From: Marsupella aquatica
Lineage: Eukaryota > Plantae > Marchantiophyta
Reading direction: 5' to 3'
Length of the DNA stretch: 64,000 nucleotides
Assembly: GCA_973895155.1 (NCBI GenBank)
Contig: OZ316897.1
Coordinates: 17,766,457 to 17,830,456, forward strand
The position numbers and the translations under genes were made by a program. Of the stretch, positions 10,870 to 23,754 are shown in pieces. Under the pieces are notes generated by a model, which did not search any database, was not told the DNA's origin, and saw only the letters and a list, made by a program, of their open reading frames with translations. Each line of letters begins with the position of its first letter. Position 1 is the stretch's first letter.

Positions 10870-13175
10870 TAGACAACCATGACCACCTGCCAGAGGGGCT
10901 AAGATGGTAACAAATTAACCACTGATTTGCTACGAGAACAATTGCCGGAGTAAGATTTGAAAATCTGATACACACCAGCATGTGTGATGTTGGTCATATG
11001 CATCCAAGTACGTGAACACATATTCTTTCTCATTTTGGTGAAGGGTCCGAGCTCTATATTCTGATTGTAACTCAAGGTTTCATATTGTATGGCTTCCTCA
11101 TACGGTCTCCGTCTCTCCAAGAACGTCAACGCTCTGAAAGCAGAGGAGATCATCCTGTCTACTGTAATCGATATATATATCGTAATTGGAAGAGGACATT
11201 GGACGACATAATCCGAAAGCGAGCCTCGATCAGCCTTCAAACCATACAACACCCGATTGAATTTGCACTCGGCACTGAAGTCCTCGTCAGGGATAAACCT
11301 AAGAGGTCAACGTCCAAGCCTCACATCTATGGTAGCCTATTAATTAAGCCAACTTATCTTCATTCTGCTGAGTCCTGCACGGGGGAAGGCGCGCCTTTTG
11401 GAATTTCACTATTATTTTGATGGAATGAATGGATTCGCCCACCCATGTTCTTGGAACCAAGAGGATTGAAAGAGTTTTATCCTCTGTACTAATAAATATC
11501 CACCGAAAAACCTGTCGACCCAGACCGCCATGCCTCAGTGCTACTCTCTCATTTCTCCTGTCGATCAGTATCTAGAATATTTTTGGTCCTGAATGTCGTC
11601 AGATCCGGTCTAAGCTTACATACAATCCTTGATAATGCTGTCAACTACAGCAGTTCCTTGCAGACCGCGTACCCGAATTCGCACACTTGCTTGTAACGGG
11701 GCTTGTAAACGACTTGCCTGACTTACTTTCATTGCAGTCGGGTATCAGCATCTTGATGCCAAACTCCTCTCCAGTGCGCGAGGTGCTTATCGAAGAGACC
11801 ATTGGCGCAGTGGAAATTGATATAATTTCTCTTATCGTCCTCCAGAGCGTAGTCATCGAATGACTGGGTGACAGTCTTAATTTCGAGTGTAGGGGCGTAA
11901 GGATAGTCCGAGCCATACGTGATTTGGTTGTTGGGGATAAATTGGAGGGTGCTGGGAAACGCAGACGGGCTGGACGAGAGGGCTGTGTCCACGTAGAACT
12001 TCTTCATCTCCTTCGACTTTGCCTCAATTTGGTGTTCCTCACCAAGGAAATAGGCTATAGATCCAGCCATTCGGCTCGCAGCAAACGGGAGAAACCCTCC
12101 TGAGTGAGCCAGAAGGAACTTAATGTTTGGGTAGCTTCCAGTGACGTTCCTAATCACCAAGAGCGCTGCAGCACGAGTCGTATCGAGCAAGAAGTCGAGC
12201 ATATATGCATGTACTTTAACTTCCTTCCCTCTGACGTCAGTTGTCACAGATGGGACGCCGAAAAGTGTGCTCGGATGAACGAAAACTACAGCCTGACGGG
12301 CGTCCAACACCTCCATGAGAGGATCGAACTTCTTACTACCCAGATACTCGCCGAGTGAGTTGGCCATCAATGCCACTCCCGCAGCCTTGAGCGTGTCCAA
12401 AGCGTAGATGGCTTCTGCGACGGACCCCTCCACATCGGGCAGAGTGAGTGTGGCGAAGAACTGGAAGCGCTCGGGGTATGCCAGCGTGATCATGTGCCCA
12501 TACTCGTTCAAATCCCTCGCTAATTTTCTACTGTCCTCCACGTCGTCGAAGGGTGAGAATCTCGCACCTGGGGTGGAAACAGACAGAATCGAAAGTTCGA
12601 TGTTAAGGGAGTCCATGAATGCGAGATGGTCGTCCGGATCCCACTTCGGAGTCCACTTCGGATTGAATGATCCTCCAGAGCTCAGGCCCTTTGCGACCAA
12701 GAAATCGCGGTAGAAAGGTGGAATCATGTGTGCATGTGTATCGATTCGGATGAGTTTCGCTTGAGTTCCCATGGGAGAGAAGAACACAACAACAAACAGA
12801 GCAACGAAAAGTGTGGAAATGCTCGAACTGGTCTCCATTGCGATCGTCGTTGTTGGAAATGGATCGATTATGAGCTCACTGCAAAGGCCACAGAGAAGTC
12901 AATCTACCCCCCAAAAAAACGTGAATGCTCGACGACATTCTACTCTCACAATTTCGACGGTATTTGTCATACTGAAGCATTTATCTCGGTCTCAGCTATG
13001 TCAAGAGCAGACCAGCATCTTTCCTACATGGGAAGTGAGAGCTTCAAAGCACTATTTGACCATACCAAAACAATTCGCAAACGGCATTCACAAACCAACT
13101 TCACAAGTTTCATATTCAGGAGCTGGACGTGAAATAACTCCCATGCCACCGAGGAGGAAAAGAATAAGCACTACA
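10870..13175. repeat. Tandem segmental duplication unit A, part 1 (amidohydrolase with flanks); paralogous to ~31660-34050
   Basis: Collinear shared strings, e.g. 'gaccacctgccag', 'ctccgtctctccaagaacgtcaa.gctctgaaagcagagga', 'gtcgtcagatccggtctaagctt', 'catgccaccgaggagga'. Confidence 0.85.
11729..12838 (-). CDS. Amidohydrolase_2-superfamily enzyme (aromatic acid decarboxylase / ACMSD-like) with N-terminal signal peptide, copy 1, 369 aa, intronless
   Basis: Motifs RIDTHAH (HxH), VFVHP, LAHSGG, YVDTALS and GSDYP. The N-terminus is hydrophobic (LFVALFVVVFFS) and ends in TQA-K. ATG and TGA are intact. Confidence 0.88.
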   Translation of the reverse strand: METSSSISTLFVALFVVVFFSPMGTQAKLIRIDTHAHMIPPFYRDFLVAKGLSSGGSFNPKWTPKWDPDDHLAFMDSLNIELSILSVSTPGARFSPFDDVEDSRKLARDLNEYGHMITLAYPERFQFFATLTLPDVEGSVAEAIYALDTLKAAGVALMANSLGEYLGSKKFDPLMEVLDARQAVVFVHPSTLFGVPSVTTDVRGKEVKVHAYMLDFLLDTTRAAALLVIRNVTGSYPNIKFLLAHSGGFLPFAASRMAGSIAYFLGEEHQIEAKSKEMKKFYVDTALSSSPSAFPSTLQFIPNNQITYGSDYPYAPTLEIKTVTQSFDDYALEDDKRNYINFHCANGLFDKHLAHWRGVWHQDADTRLQ

Positions 13176-15339
13176 TTGCCTGACTACCCTGACTTGAACC
13201 GTAAATAGAATTGAAAACAAAAAGAAATGAAAAAGAAAAGAAATATATATTTTTTCCACCTATGTTTTTGTGCACCTTTTAGATTTGTCTTATTGACAGT
13301 CATTATACATTTTGTTATTATTTGAGTTATGGTCTAGAGGCATTATACATTTTGTTCTTGTTTGAGTTAAGGTCTAGAGGCTTCACTGTAGGTTGTAGCC
13401 CTTAAAAATAGCTTCTGTTTGCGATAATTATATAGTAAGATTTGCCATTAGATGACAACTCGCCTTGGAACCACCACTAGCCATGCCAAAACCTGTATCC
13501 ACCACTTTCACCATTCAAAGTTACTGCAAAGGAGTGAGTGGAGTGTGAAAATAGTGAAAAATATTGGACACTTCCCCTTAGTTACATTGGCCAGTGGCTG
13601 AGCACGTCCATTTATATCCAGAATCCGGATCATCCTAAGGGCTGTCTTGCATGGGATGGTCCTTGAAATTCCATCCCTCTAGGTTCCCAAACATTTTGGG
13701 GAAAAGTAGATTTTGTGTGTCCACAAGTCTCTCTAAATGATGCTTGTGATTGCAAAATCTTTATAGTGACTACAGTCCCAAGAAGTTAGAGGAAACGTCA
13801 AGTGGGGAACTATTTCACCTGTTCTACCAATACTTAGAGATGGGTTCTCTGGTGAGGACTTCTCTCTGACAAATGAAACCCAAGAAAATCCACCTTACCT
13901 AAGCTGGACAATTTTGATTTTCTTGTAATGTATATGGGTAATTAGTTACATAAAACATCCAAAACAGGTGAATTTGTGAAAATGTCAATCCTGTCCCAAC
14001 TCTTGACTGTCACCAAAATATTCTAGCGCGAGAGCACCTTTCTGCCCGAGGGAACCCCCTCCTTGGTGTAGTTCAGGTTATAGTGTGTTGATCAGAAGTA
14101 ATGTCCAAACAGGATAGTTGAGGTACTTGAGTTAACTTATCTCCTGCCAGCATTAACCCCATTGTACATTAATCCCATTGTAGAGAGTCCTCTGTCTTGG
14201 GTACTTCAGGGTGATTTCCTTGCCTCAGACCATTCTGTACAGTCAATTCAAGTGAGCATCTAGGAGGCCAGTTTAGTTTGTTTTTAGCATTGTCTGCAAG
14301 ACTAGATACCATTGGCCCTTTCCTTAGGGCTATCAGCATGAAATCTAGATATTGTACACAGTCCAAAGGCCACTTCAGTTTGTTTTCAGCATTGTCTGCA
14401 AGACCATATTCTCCTTGGGATAATATCTCAACCTCGATTTGTTGAATGAGGACTGAATAATTTTGCTTTACACGACCCAGAGGAGACAGTGATGTTTGTA
14501 TAGGATGGCACTGAGCCCAACCACCATTCTCCATTCTAGAGTTCTGTGGGCCCATCTTGAAAGCCACTTTTGGCTTCACATACCATGGGCAACTCTCTGG
14601 TTGAAGTGGTTCCTCCTAAGTGATCAATTAAAGAGATAAGTAATCTCATCAATTATCATTCATCTCCATCAGTCAACTTGATATAAGCTGCCACCTCATC
14701 TCAAACAGACCGCCGAGTTTCGGCAGGAGAAAAAAACCAAAAAAAAAATTAATATTTCAAAATTTAAGGGATTTATTTTATTCTTTGAAATTTTTTTCAC
14801 TATGGGGTGTCCGTACGCCCCATCTCGGCGAGGTCAGCTGAGATGGGCAAATATCCATACGATACGATCACAAAAAAATTCACCCAAAAAAAATTCCAAT
14901 ATTTTTCTTTCAAAATTTTACTCTTTTTTACTGCACGATTTTGTTTTTCTGTACCCCTCAATTGGCCAAGGAGGCATAGTTGGCAATGACTTTCACGGCA
15001 TGGGTATGTTTGTCTGTAAGTCCTAAATTGAAGGAACTTAGAGTGGTCTTAGGGTACATAGAGAAACTGATGCACAGTATATGAACTTGTTGAACTAAAT
15101 TTTCAGCAGCCCTGCCTAAGTACCGTACAATTAGAATTAAGCTTTTATGCATACAAGTCTTCCAGATTCTTTAAGGCCCATAGGTGACGATGGCATTTTC
15201 CTGAGAATCAAACTCACCTAGTGCCTGGGTCCTTTCTATGTGTAAGTTTGGTTTTTCAAATCATATCCTGAGTTTTAAGGCCCACACTTTGAGGTTGTCA
15301 TACTTTCCTAATAAATAAACCCATTGGGCTTCTTTCAAG

Positions 15340-15730
15340 ATTTTCAAATTGGAATCCTATTTGTGAAGATGGGCCCATACGGCCCATACGAGGGCCCATA
15401 TGGCTGCGTCATGCCTTCCTGAGCATCAAACATACCGCTTCCTTTGATACTCAGGAAATTGTAATCCTGGTTATGAAGGCGGGCCCATATGGCTGTGGCT
15501 GTGTCATGACAATTTCCTGAGTATCAAATACATATATATACCCTTCCTTTCAAGATTTTCAAAATATTAATCCTGATTATGAAGATGCTCTGGCTCTGTC
15601 ATGCCTTCTTGAGAATCAAACATACTGCTTCCATTCAACAAAATTGAATTGTAATCCTGATTATGAAGACACGGGCATTGTGGCTGCCACTCTATCATGC
15701 ATTGTTGAGATTCCAAACCGGGATTCAAAC
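15340..15730. repeat. Degenerate tandem repeat, ~95-110 bp unit, ~4 copies
   Basis: Recurrent 'aatcctg.ttatgaag...ggct..gtcatg.cttcctgag.atcaaacata'. Confidence 0.7.
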
Positions 15731-17127
15731 ATAGGGCCTCTTCTCAATATTTGAAATTGGGATTTTGAAATTTTTATGTTGAGCAATTTTTCTCCCCATG
15801 TACTATATATATATCCAGCTATTGGATGGATCTACCAAGACAGCTGTATGCTGTCATATGATGAACTTGTTTCAACATGAATAATCAACTTTCGTCAATG
15901 CTAATGAGGATTGTAATTCTATACCCTAGAACAAAGATGCTAGTATCTATATGTTTCAAATTTTCGTAAAGCAAACTGAATGCCATAGTGCCATGGGTAG
16001 TTAGTATAAGAGTGTGCATATATTGCTTATTTGTAGGATATATATGTACTTAGGGCTTTGCCAGGACATTTGCCAACATTCAATTAATTCCACCTTGGAT
16101 TAATTCTGCAACCCTGATTGAAAACTTGTGTGCAGCGCTAGTATCTTCGACAAATTTTCCTGCAGAATTTCTGAGAAGCCAACTTCTGTTCTTGGAAGCT
16201 GTTCAGTACAAACCATTTCCAACATCCCAACTTCAGACCACAATGATGAGATATTACAACTAATCCATGAATCCAGCAACCACAAGATACACCTTTTGGA
16301 GGTCCCTTAATAGATGCACTCATTCACACAATTCTTGATAGAACACAAATCAGGTATGGTTGTCAGGTTTGGGACCAAAGAATTTGGGAGGTGATACAAC
16401 CCTTTCAAGATGTACAAAAAGGCAGGTAGCATCACTTCCCCCATCACTTTAGGAAGAAACCAGGACCCCTGGAGATGACATTGGGGGATACTAGATCCCC
16501 TGCGGGAAATTCAGTAAAAATTTTAATACAAAAACTTCTATGCTTGACATAGTCAGATTTTTTTAACTTGCATCATGTCACCCATACGCAGGACTTGCAT
16601 ACATATGTAAGGTTGCAAGTTTGAAATCTTACTACTAATTTGCAAACAGAGGCTACAAATTGGGGTCCAGGCTTCTAGAGTGAAGACTCTAGACCATAAC
16701 TCTAAGTAGGACCCCACCAAATGTATGTGGATGGAGAGGATGAGATATATGGTCTATTTGGTGCATCAAGCTGATTATGCATGCTGATTTTTTCACAATC
16801 TCGATTGTTATTCTAATGGGCAATTAGGCCACGAGAATTGATAATTTGAAATTTTGTTGGCTATCTTCTGAACAGCACTCGGAAGTTTGTTTGTTTTCTT
16901 CTTCTTTTTTAACAGCACTCGGAAATTGACAAGTATATAGGCCACCAGCCCAATTTCAGATGGTGGGTCATGAAATGCAACTCCACCTTCTGACTCTCCA
17001 TTGCCTACGAGCCCTAGTAGATCAGAAGACATTCTTGGGAGCACTGCTATCAATGTGGACACTTTCACATCACGGAAAGTTAACAGCAATGAGGACTCTG
17101 AAACATCCAGCTTTGTTGCTGCAAACA

Positions 17128-17226
17128 GTCCTCCAAGGAAGAAAAGGAGGAGTCCAGACAACAACTGGTCACTGCAATTAGTCCTCCAAGGAAGAAAAGG
17201 GGGAGTCCGGACAACAACTGGTCACT
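17128..17226. repeat. 53-bp tandem duplication
   Basis: 'gtcctccaaggaagaaaagg.ggagtcc.gacaacaactggtcact' occurs twice. Confidence 0.8.
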
Positions 17227-18200
17227 TAGCCGGCAAGTGAAAGCAGCCCCTAATTGATTGGTTGAGTGTGGTTGAAAACGATAGACCAGGCATATGACCA
17301 CCGGCAAGAAGGAAAGACGCTCTTGTCACCTCACTGTTTCGCAAATTCTGCTTCCTTGCGCTTGGACAGAGTGTGCTAGGACAATAGCAACGGCAGATTC
17401 GTTGCAACAGATTTTTCAATCTTGACGATGGGCAATTGTTGGTGATTCGAGCTAGGTCTTATTGTATTTACATCTTACAGACTCAAATTTATCAGCATTT
17501 TCCTGTACATCGCTCACTTCTTTCCGGATACTGCAATTTTTAGCTTGAGACCGTCACAATCGCTTCAATTTCAGTGACCAACTTATGGAAGGAAGCTAGT
17601 CAACACTGAAAGGCACTCTAATCATCTAGGGAGCAGTAACAGAGTAGACTTGAATTGCAGAAGTATCTTGCATAGATTTGTGAAAGTTTGGAAGAGGGAG
17701 CAGTAGTAGGGTAACTCGCTCGCAGAAGATGAGATGCTCTCAAGCACGCATTGAGCTCATGTGTACTGTTAATTTCACAGGGTCCAAACTGTCGATCTCC
17801 AATGAGAGTTCTTCCAGGGAAATGATAGTAATTAGCAATCTCAATCCTCCGAGAGATGAAGTCGATGCCTCAGTCCACTTTGGTCCATTTTAGTTTTGCA
17901 GTTGACACAGTCCTTTAATGAAGCATAATATTTATCGGGAGACCCGAAAAACTAATTAACAATTGATTTCAAGATAAAGGACAGTTGAGCATCAAGAAAC
18001 ACGTCATCCGTACTGCATGGAATTTGAATCAACACTCTAATGAGCCCGTTCATGAGAATCAGAAACTACAAGAAAGTGTCACAAATTTATAACCACATCA
18101 AAAGAATTCATCATCAAGTCAAACAGACCAATATGAAGCCCAAACCAAGTCAAAAGTCCAAAACATGCCAAACTCAAGCTTGGACAGAGACAGTTATACC
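17215..18200. repeat. Segmental duplication unit A, part 2; paralogous to ~36040-37225
   Basis: Collinear shared strings 'aaaacgatagaccaggcatatgaccacc', 'gcagttgacacagtcctttaatgaagcataa' and 'tggacagagacagtt'. Confidence 0.85.
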
Positions 18201-20579
18201 GCATCGACTTAGGTGGACATCCGTGGTTTGAGAGCAAACCTTTTTCAGGAAATGAACATAATGGGCAGCCCAGAAAGTCACAAACTAGCCACATTTTTGC
18301 TCCGGGTATCCGCACTAATTTGGCGGTGCCGAGCCGGGTATGTTACAAAGCCAAATAATGTAATCTCAAAGTTCCTGTGACATAAACTCTTATCGCCGAG
18401 GGCTGCAATAAACACCTCTCGTAACTAATGATTTTCATGTATGCACGTCATCAAGTAAACAACGGAAACCTTATTATATCTGCTGCCAGTGGGTACTGTT
18501 TCCAGTCACTTTTCAGCCAGCGCAACAGTGCCTGCACAGTATGGTCACCAGTAATCACCACAAGAGCGCACGTCATGTTTAAGATTGTGAAAGCGATATT
18601 GCATCCCTTGCATTAATCCCTCATCTTCTCACCTTAGGGATCAACTTACCTAGAAATCAACTTACCTTGAGATCAACTTGGTTGCTGTTAGTTATGACAA
18701 TCTGGACACACCCAAAGGTTCTTTCAACCACAAATTTGTTCTCCTCGAGGTATATTTTAGACTAACGAACTGGACAATTTCTTCACTGTCTCTTCGGCTC
18801 GCCTCCTTTAAGTTAAGTTTTGTGTTATAAAAAAGCTTGGCCAACAACAAAAATTCAACCTTTAAGTAATTATATATGAATACTGGGGTTTAGTTTAGGA
18901 TTAGAAAGAATGTGAGTGGCACCGGACTAGAGTCTCACCAAATTTCACGAATTTCTCGGGCGCGCTTTTTCAGATTGCAATCACCAGAGCCGTCGCATGG
19001 AAATCCGCACTGAAAACTTTTGCTGTGTCAGCACTTGTTGTTTGCAAGAACTCAACATCTACTAATTCTTTTGATGCTGAGATGAATTCGTCATAAATAT
19101 TAAGCAAGGCCCTGTAAAACAGATAGTAGTTACTAGTCACCCTTAGTAGGACAAGGTTCTTAGCTTCAGGCAATTCGCCTTTAGCAGAGTACTCAATTTC
19201 ACAGCAATGGAAACAACAAATGAATCGGGATGAACCGACAATATTCTGTTGAATGCTGCACATGCAAAGCTTCCAATTATTTAAAGTATACACATCGGTA
19301 GCTAGGATCAATTGGAAGGTACAAAACTGCCCTGACTCTGCGACTTCCTCTGAAAACTTTCATTGTGCTTAGCATACGTAGAATCACCTCCAATTCTCCA
19401 AAGGTGAGAGCCTCTCTGTTTCTGAGTCGCAGCAACAAAGCACATTTTACCCCATCGCTGTGAAATGGTCTCCAGTGAATGCACAAGCTGTGCATAGACA
19501 CAAATGAATAGATCAATTGACTTCGTTCCCAGAAACTTGGCTGAAAGACTCAGAGAAAGACTCAGAGAAATTGTCTGAGAACAGCAATCCGACCCTTTTC
19601 GGTTGTGGGACTCCGCCTATTACCAGAATGAGAGCTATTTGGCTTTCTCTCAACTAAATAACTTGTCAATTTATCACTCAAGACAGTAAGCCGACTCTCA
19701 TTGGTCACCAACACCGGTTGTCATCCAATTAAAGGTTAACTTTCATCTAACCTTCAAACTATATGACTTTTTAAAGAGAACTTCCAATCTTAGGATGACT
19801 GAGGAAATTCACCGTTTTCAATTCTTCCTTTTCAAATTCATCCTTCATTTCTTAAATCATCTCCAACATTTCCTTGATAGACCAAACAGAATATATGATT
19901 TCAAATTTACTAATATATTAACCAAACAAGGGTAATTATATAGATTCACTCATTACTACAACCATGGGCCCTTCAGGAACTTCCACTTATCAAACATTCC
20001 AAAATATCTTAGTTGTATGCTAACTTAATTTCTAGCCAAATTACAATCAATCTCTATTTTTTAAGTTAGACAATTCTGACCATCTTTTCTTGACAATTAC
20101 TTTCTTCTCTTTATTTCAAATAATTTCACCAGACGCAAAGTCTACATGCGGAACCTTCATGTTGTCTTGAAGGCTTGGCTCCATAGCCAATTTTCTGACA
20201 TGGATTTCTTTGACTGGACTTCAAACATTGGGGGCCTCAACTCAAGGGGTGTACCATATTACACACATTCAAAGTTTTGGGAGAATAAATACCTTAAAAC
20301 AAGTAAATAAAGTTCCAGGCCAGAAATTACAGGAAGTAGACACCTGTAACACATACAGTCAAGGATGCTGGCTGTCCCATCAGAAACTATAATAACATCT
20401 TGAGCCCTTATGCAGTGGTCGTCATTCAAATTGGAGTGGCTTTGTGGGTGGAAAAACCAAAAAATGCAAAAAGTGGAAAGATTCAAGAAAAAGTGATTAA
20501 TATTTGGTGTGAATGAATGTGAATGAAAAAGCAGATGTACACTTTTCCAAGCTAGAAGAAAAAAAGACAAAATCTTCTA

Positions 20580-20815
20580 TACAAAGTGCTATCCCTCTAC
20601 TATCCACGTTATTATACCATGCTCCTCCCTCAATCATACATGCTATACCATGCTCCTCTTTCAACCATCCATGCTATACCATGTTTTCCCTCTACCATCC
20701 ATGTTATATCATGCATGCTACACCATATAGCGCTCTTCCTTCTACCATCCATGCAATGCCATGCTCCTCTCTCTACCATCCAAGCTATATCATTCATGCA
20801 TACAGGTGCTATATA
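20580..20815. repeat. Degenerate ~31-bp tandem repeat
   Basis: Recurrent 'catgctataccatgctcctctytcwaccatc'. Confidence 0.75.
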
Positions 20816-21049
20816 GTGATAGGAGTTTAGTTGCAAATATTAGATAATCAATAAAGCAGTGCACAATCTAATCAACGAGAGAAAGAGGAGATTAACAAAA
20901 ATTGAAAGAAGGGAACCAGAAGAAAGAGGGGGGGGAGAAGAGGGCTTTAAGCTTTGAAAGGAAAAAATTAAGGTAAAAATTAAGAAATAATTTAAAAAAT
21001 AATCACTTTGTTATACTTTGGTGGTCAATGTCCTCTCTCTTTTGTGTCA

Positions 21050-21545
21050 TGATATATTTTACTCTACGACATATTTTATGCAATGAGATCTTTCTACCAA
21101 CAAAATCTTTTGCTCAAGCTATCTTGCATATGCACCATAATTTTTCTCAACTACATCTTTAGCACAAGGTCATCTATTACACATTGACATCTTTTTTATG
21201 AACAATACCTTTTAGTAAATTAAATACATGTAACATGCAACAGCTTTTGAGCAACCACATATTTTACTTAACGACATTTTTTGTGCAATGACATCTTTAC
21301 TCAACTACATCTTTTGCACAACTACATATTTTACTTAACAACAGTTTTTGAGGGACTACATATTTACTTAATGGCATCTTTGCTTAACGACATCTTTTGC
21401 TTAACTATATATCTTCTATTTAACAACATCATTTGCGCAATGATTTATTTACTTAACAATATATTTTGTGTAAAGACATATTTATTGCAATGACATGTTT
21501 ATGCAACAACATCTTCTGTGCAACACACGGGGATTGAACTCGTTA
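21050..21545 (+). mobile_element. Helitron-like non-autonomous remnant
   Basis: 'acatctttt'-rich body ending in 'gtgcaacacacggggattgaactcg', a variant of the GTGCAACGCACGGG hairpin end seen at 42341 and 55035. Confidence 0.4.
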
Positions 21546-22512
21546 TGAGGTATACTGTCAATCGTATATGGTTGACCTGCGTATGGCGGGAGACCGTGTA
21601 CCGGAGGCAACATACCTCATTATGGGATGATCAAGCACCCATTACTTTATAATTAAACCACACCTACCCCTATAAATCCCCCATTCCATGCCTCACTACT
21701 CACCATAAAAGGTGGTCGGAGTAGTCAGCACCTTTTATGGAGCTCAAGCCCATTCTTATTACGGACCCCCACGAGAGGTCAATTCCAAAATTCCTGGCAC
21801 CAGAGAGTGCCACATCAACAACAACCGCACCAAACAAGACTCGTCAGTTTTGTGCATCAAATTTATAGTTTTCATACGTGTTTGCGTCAATTTGGGTGTA
21901 AATTTGGGGATGCCATGCCGTAAAAAGAAATGTAAAAAATTAGAAATGCAAAGAGCAATGGGGATGCCATGTCGTAAAAAGAATTGTAAAAAATGAGAAA
22001 GTGAAGAGTATCAGGGTTAGTAACTCAGGAGCTGTACAGGGAGATGGAGGAAGAGAAGGGAAAAGAAGTTTGGATGGAGGATCTGTACCTCCAAGTAAGA
22101 CCCTTGTAAGTGAGAGAAGGAAAAGTCTGAGTCAAGTGAACGATGCCTCTGAAAAGCCATTATACTCATCTCCTCGAAATTGAACTGGTGGTGGAATACC
22201 TACTGGGTCACGAGGGGGTATCCATACAGGCTCTCGCTCGCATACCTTGTCTATCAAGTTAGACAAGGTTACAGCTAGAGAGTCAACCGGTAGTAAGGAG
22301 CTGGTTGGGAGGGGTACACCTTCTCTACCTCCTCTTTCCCATGGAAGCCCTCCGTTGAAGAATGGACACAAAGGTGTGAAAGGCAATAATTATGTGCATT
22401 CCGTCAATTCTAAAGGCGGTGTGACCGCAGCAAATCTTCTTAAAGTTCCTGGTGCTTCTACAACACAAAGAGTAGGAAACGGAGGGACTTCTTCAAGAAG
22501 CAGTCGAACTGG

Positions 22513-22596
22513 TCATAGTGGTAATGCCATGGAAGAGAAGAACACAACAACAACCAGAGCAACGAAAAGTGTGAAAAGCCTCGAACTGGTCTCCAT
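22513..22596 (-). pseudogene. Third amidohydrolase copy truncated to its signal peptide (METSSRLFTLFVALVVVVFFSSMALPL*)
   Basis: 22528-22630 matches 12770-12872. Homology stops at about codon 23 and unrelated sequence supplies a TGA. Confidence 0.8.
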
Positions 22597-23754
22597 TGCG
22601 ATCGTCGTTGTTGGAAATGGATCGATTATGAGTGAATTCTACCCTCAAAACAAAGTGAAAACTCGACGACAATCTACTCTCACAATTTACAATTTCAATT
22701 TCTACGGTATTTGTAATCCTGGCACATTTACCTCGATCTCAACTATGTCAAGAGCAGACTAGCATCTTTCCTACATGTATAGTACGTAAGAGCTTCAAAA
22801 CACTATTTCCCCATACCAAAACAATTCACACACGGCATTCACAAATCAATATCACGAGATTCATATCATGCACAAGCTGGACGCCAAACACCTCGCATGC
22901 CAGCGAGGAGGGAAGGAGAAAAGTGACATTTGCCTGTAGCTAGATAAGAACTCGCTTTTAATTGGGTTGCAAACCCATCTAAATACCATGCAGGACATAA
23001 TCCGGATTACTCGAAGGGTAAGCACAGGCTGCCTAGACAGTGAGGGCCCCAGTGAGGCCTGTTTTAACTCGATCTCACCAATGAAGGCGGAAGTATCTCA
23101 GTCGGATCTATTAATAGTTATTTGTTTGATTACCATGGCTCACGATGACTTACACAGAAAGATGAAAGATGTGCAATTATTCACATCCTTCTATCATTAT
23201 CATGCAAGGGCAAGTCGAGTGGAAAGCTCTATATATAAGGTATCTTTCCCTTGAGAAGCAGCTCGAACCTCCCAGACTGCTCGATTTTATTAATGTTCGC
23301 ATCCGCTTAGACCTCACGAATTTTGGATGATGGGTACGTGTAACATTCGTGTTCGACTGAGTTTCTTCGTTTCGCGTTAGGGTCTTGATAATTTTCGTTC
23401 ATGAGCTCGACTGGCTGCATGGGCATGCCCACTGTGACAAACCAGCTTGGCTGGGAATGGCCCGTGTATGGGACCGGCTGGGACGAATGAGAAGACCGCA
23501 CTTCGTACACATTACGAAGAGGATTTTTGACTGGCTGGCACTCTACCGAAAAACATGAAAGGGGTAGGACTTATTACTCAGCTTACAATGTGTGTCTCGT
23601 CCCGGTCGCGCTGCATATGTTCCCAGCAGGGGGGCTTCGTGTGTTTTCTGTGGCGGTTTCTATCACTCCTTAGTCATGTTCTTGGACCAGTTTGACCCGA
23701 GGAAGTTTGTAAGACTCTAGCTGAACAATTGGGCTCAAATTGACTCCAAGTAAC

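Noticed and set aside
12728-13208. 134- and 145-aa + strand ORFs
   Set aside because: Antisense shadows of the amidohydrolase 5' end, not conserved as ORFs in the paralogous units.
22247-22762. 171-aa + strand ORF
   Set aside because: Non-ATG start; it is a chimera across the truncation junction and is partly antisense to the amidohydrolase signal peptide.
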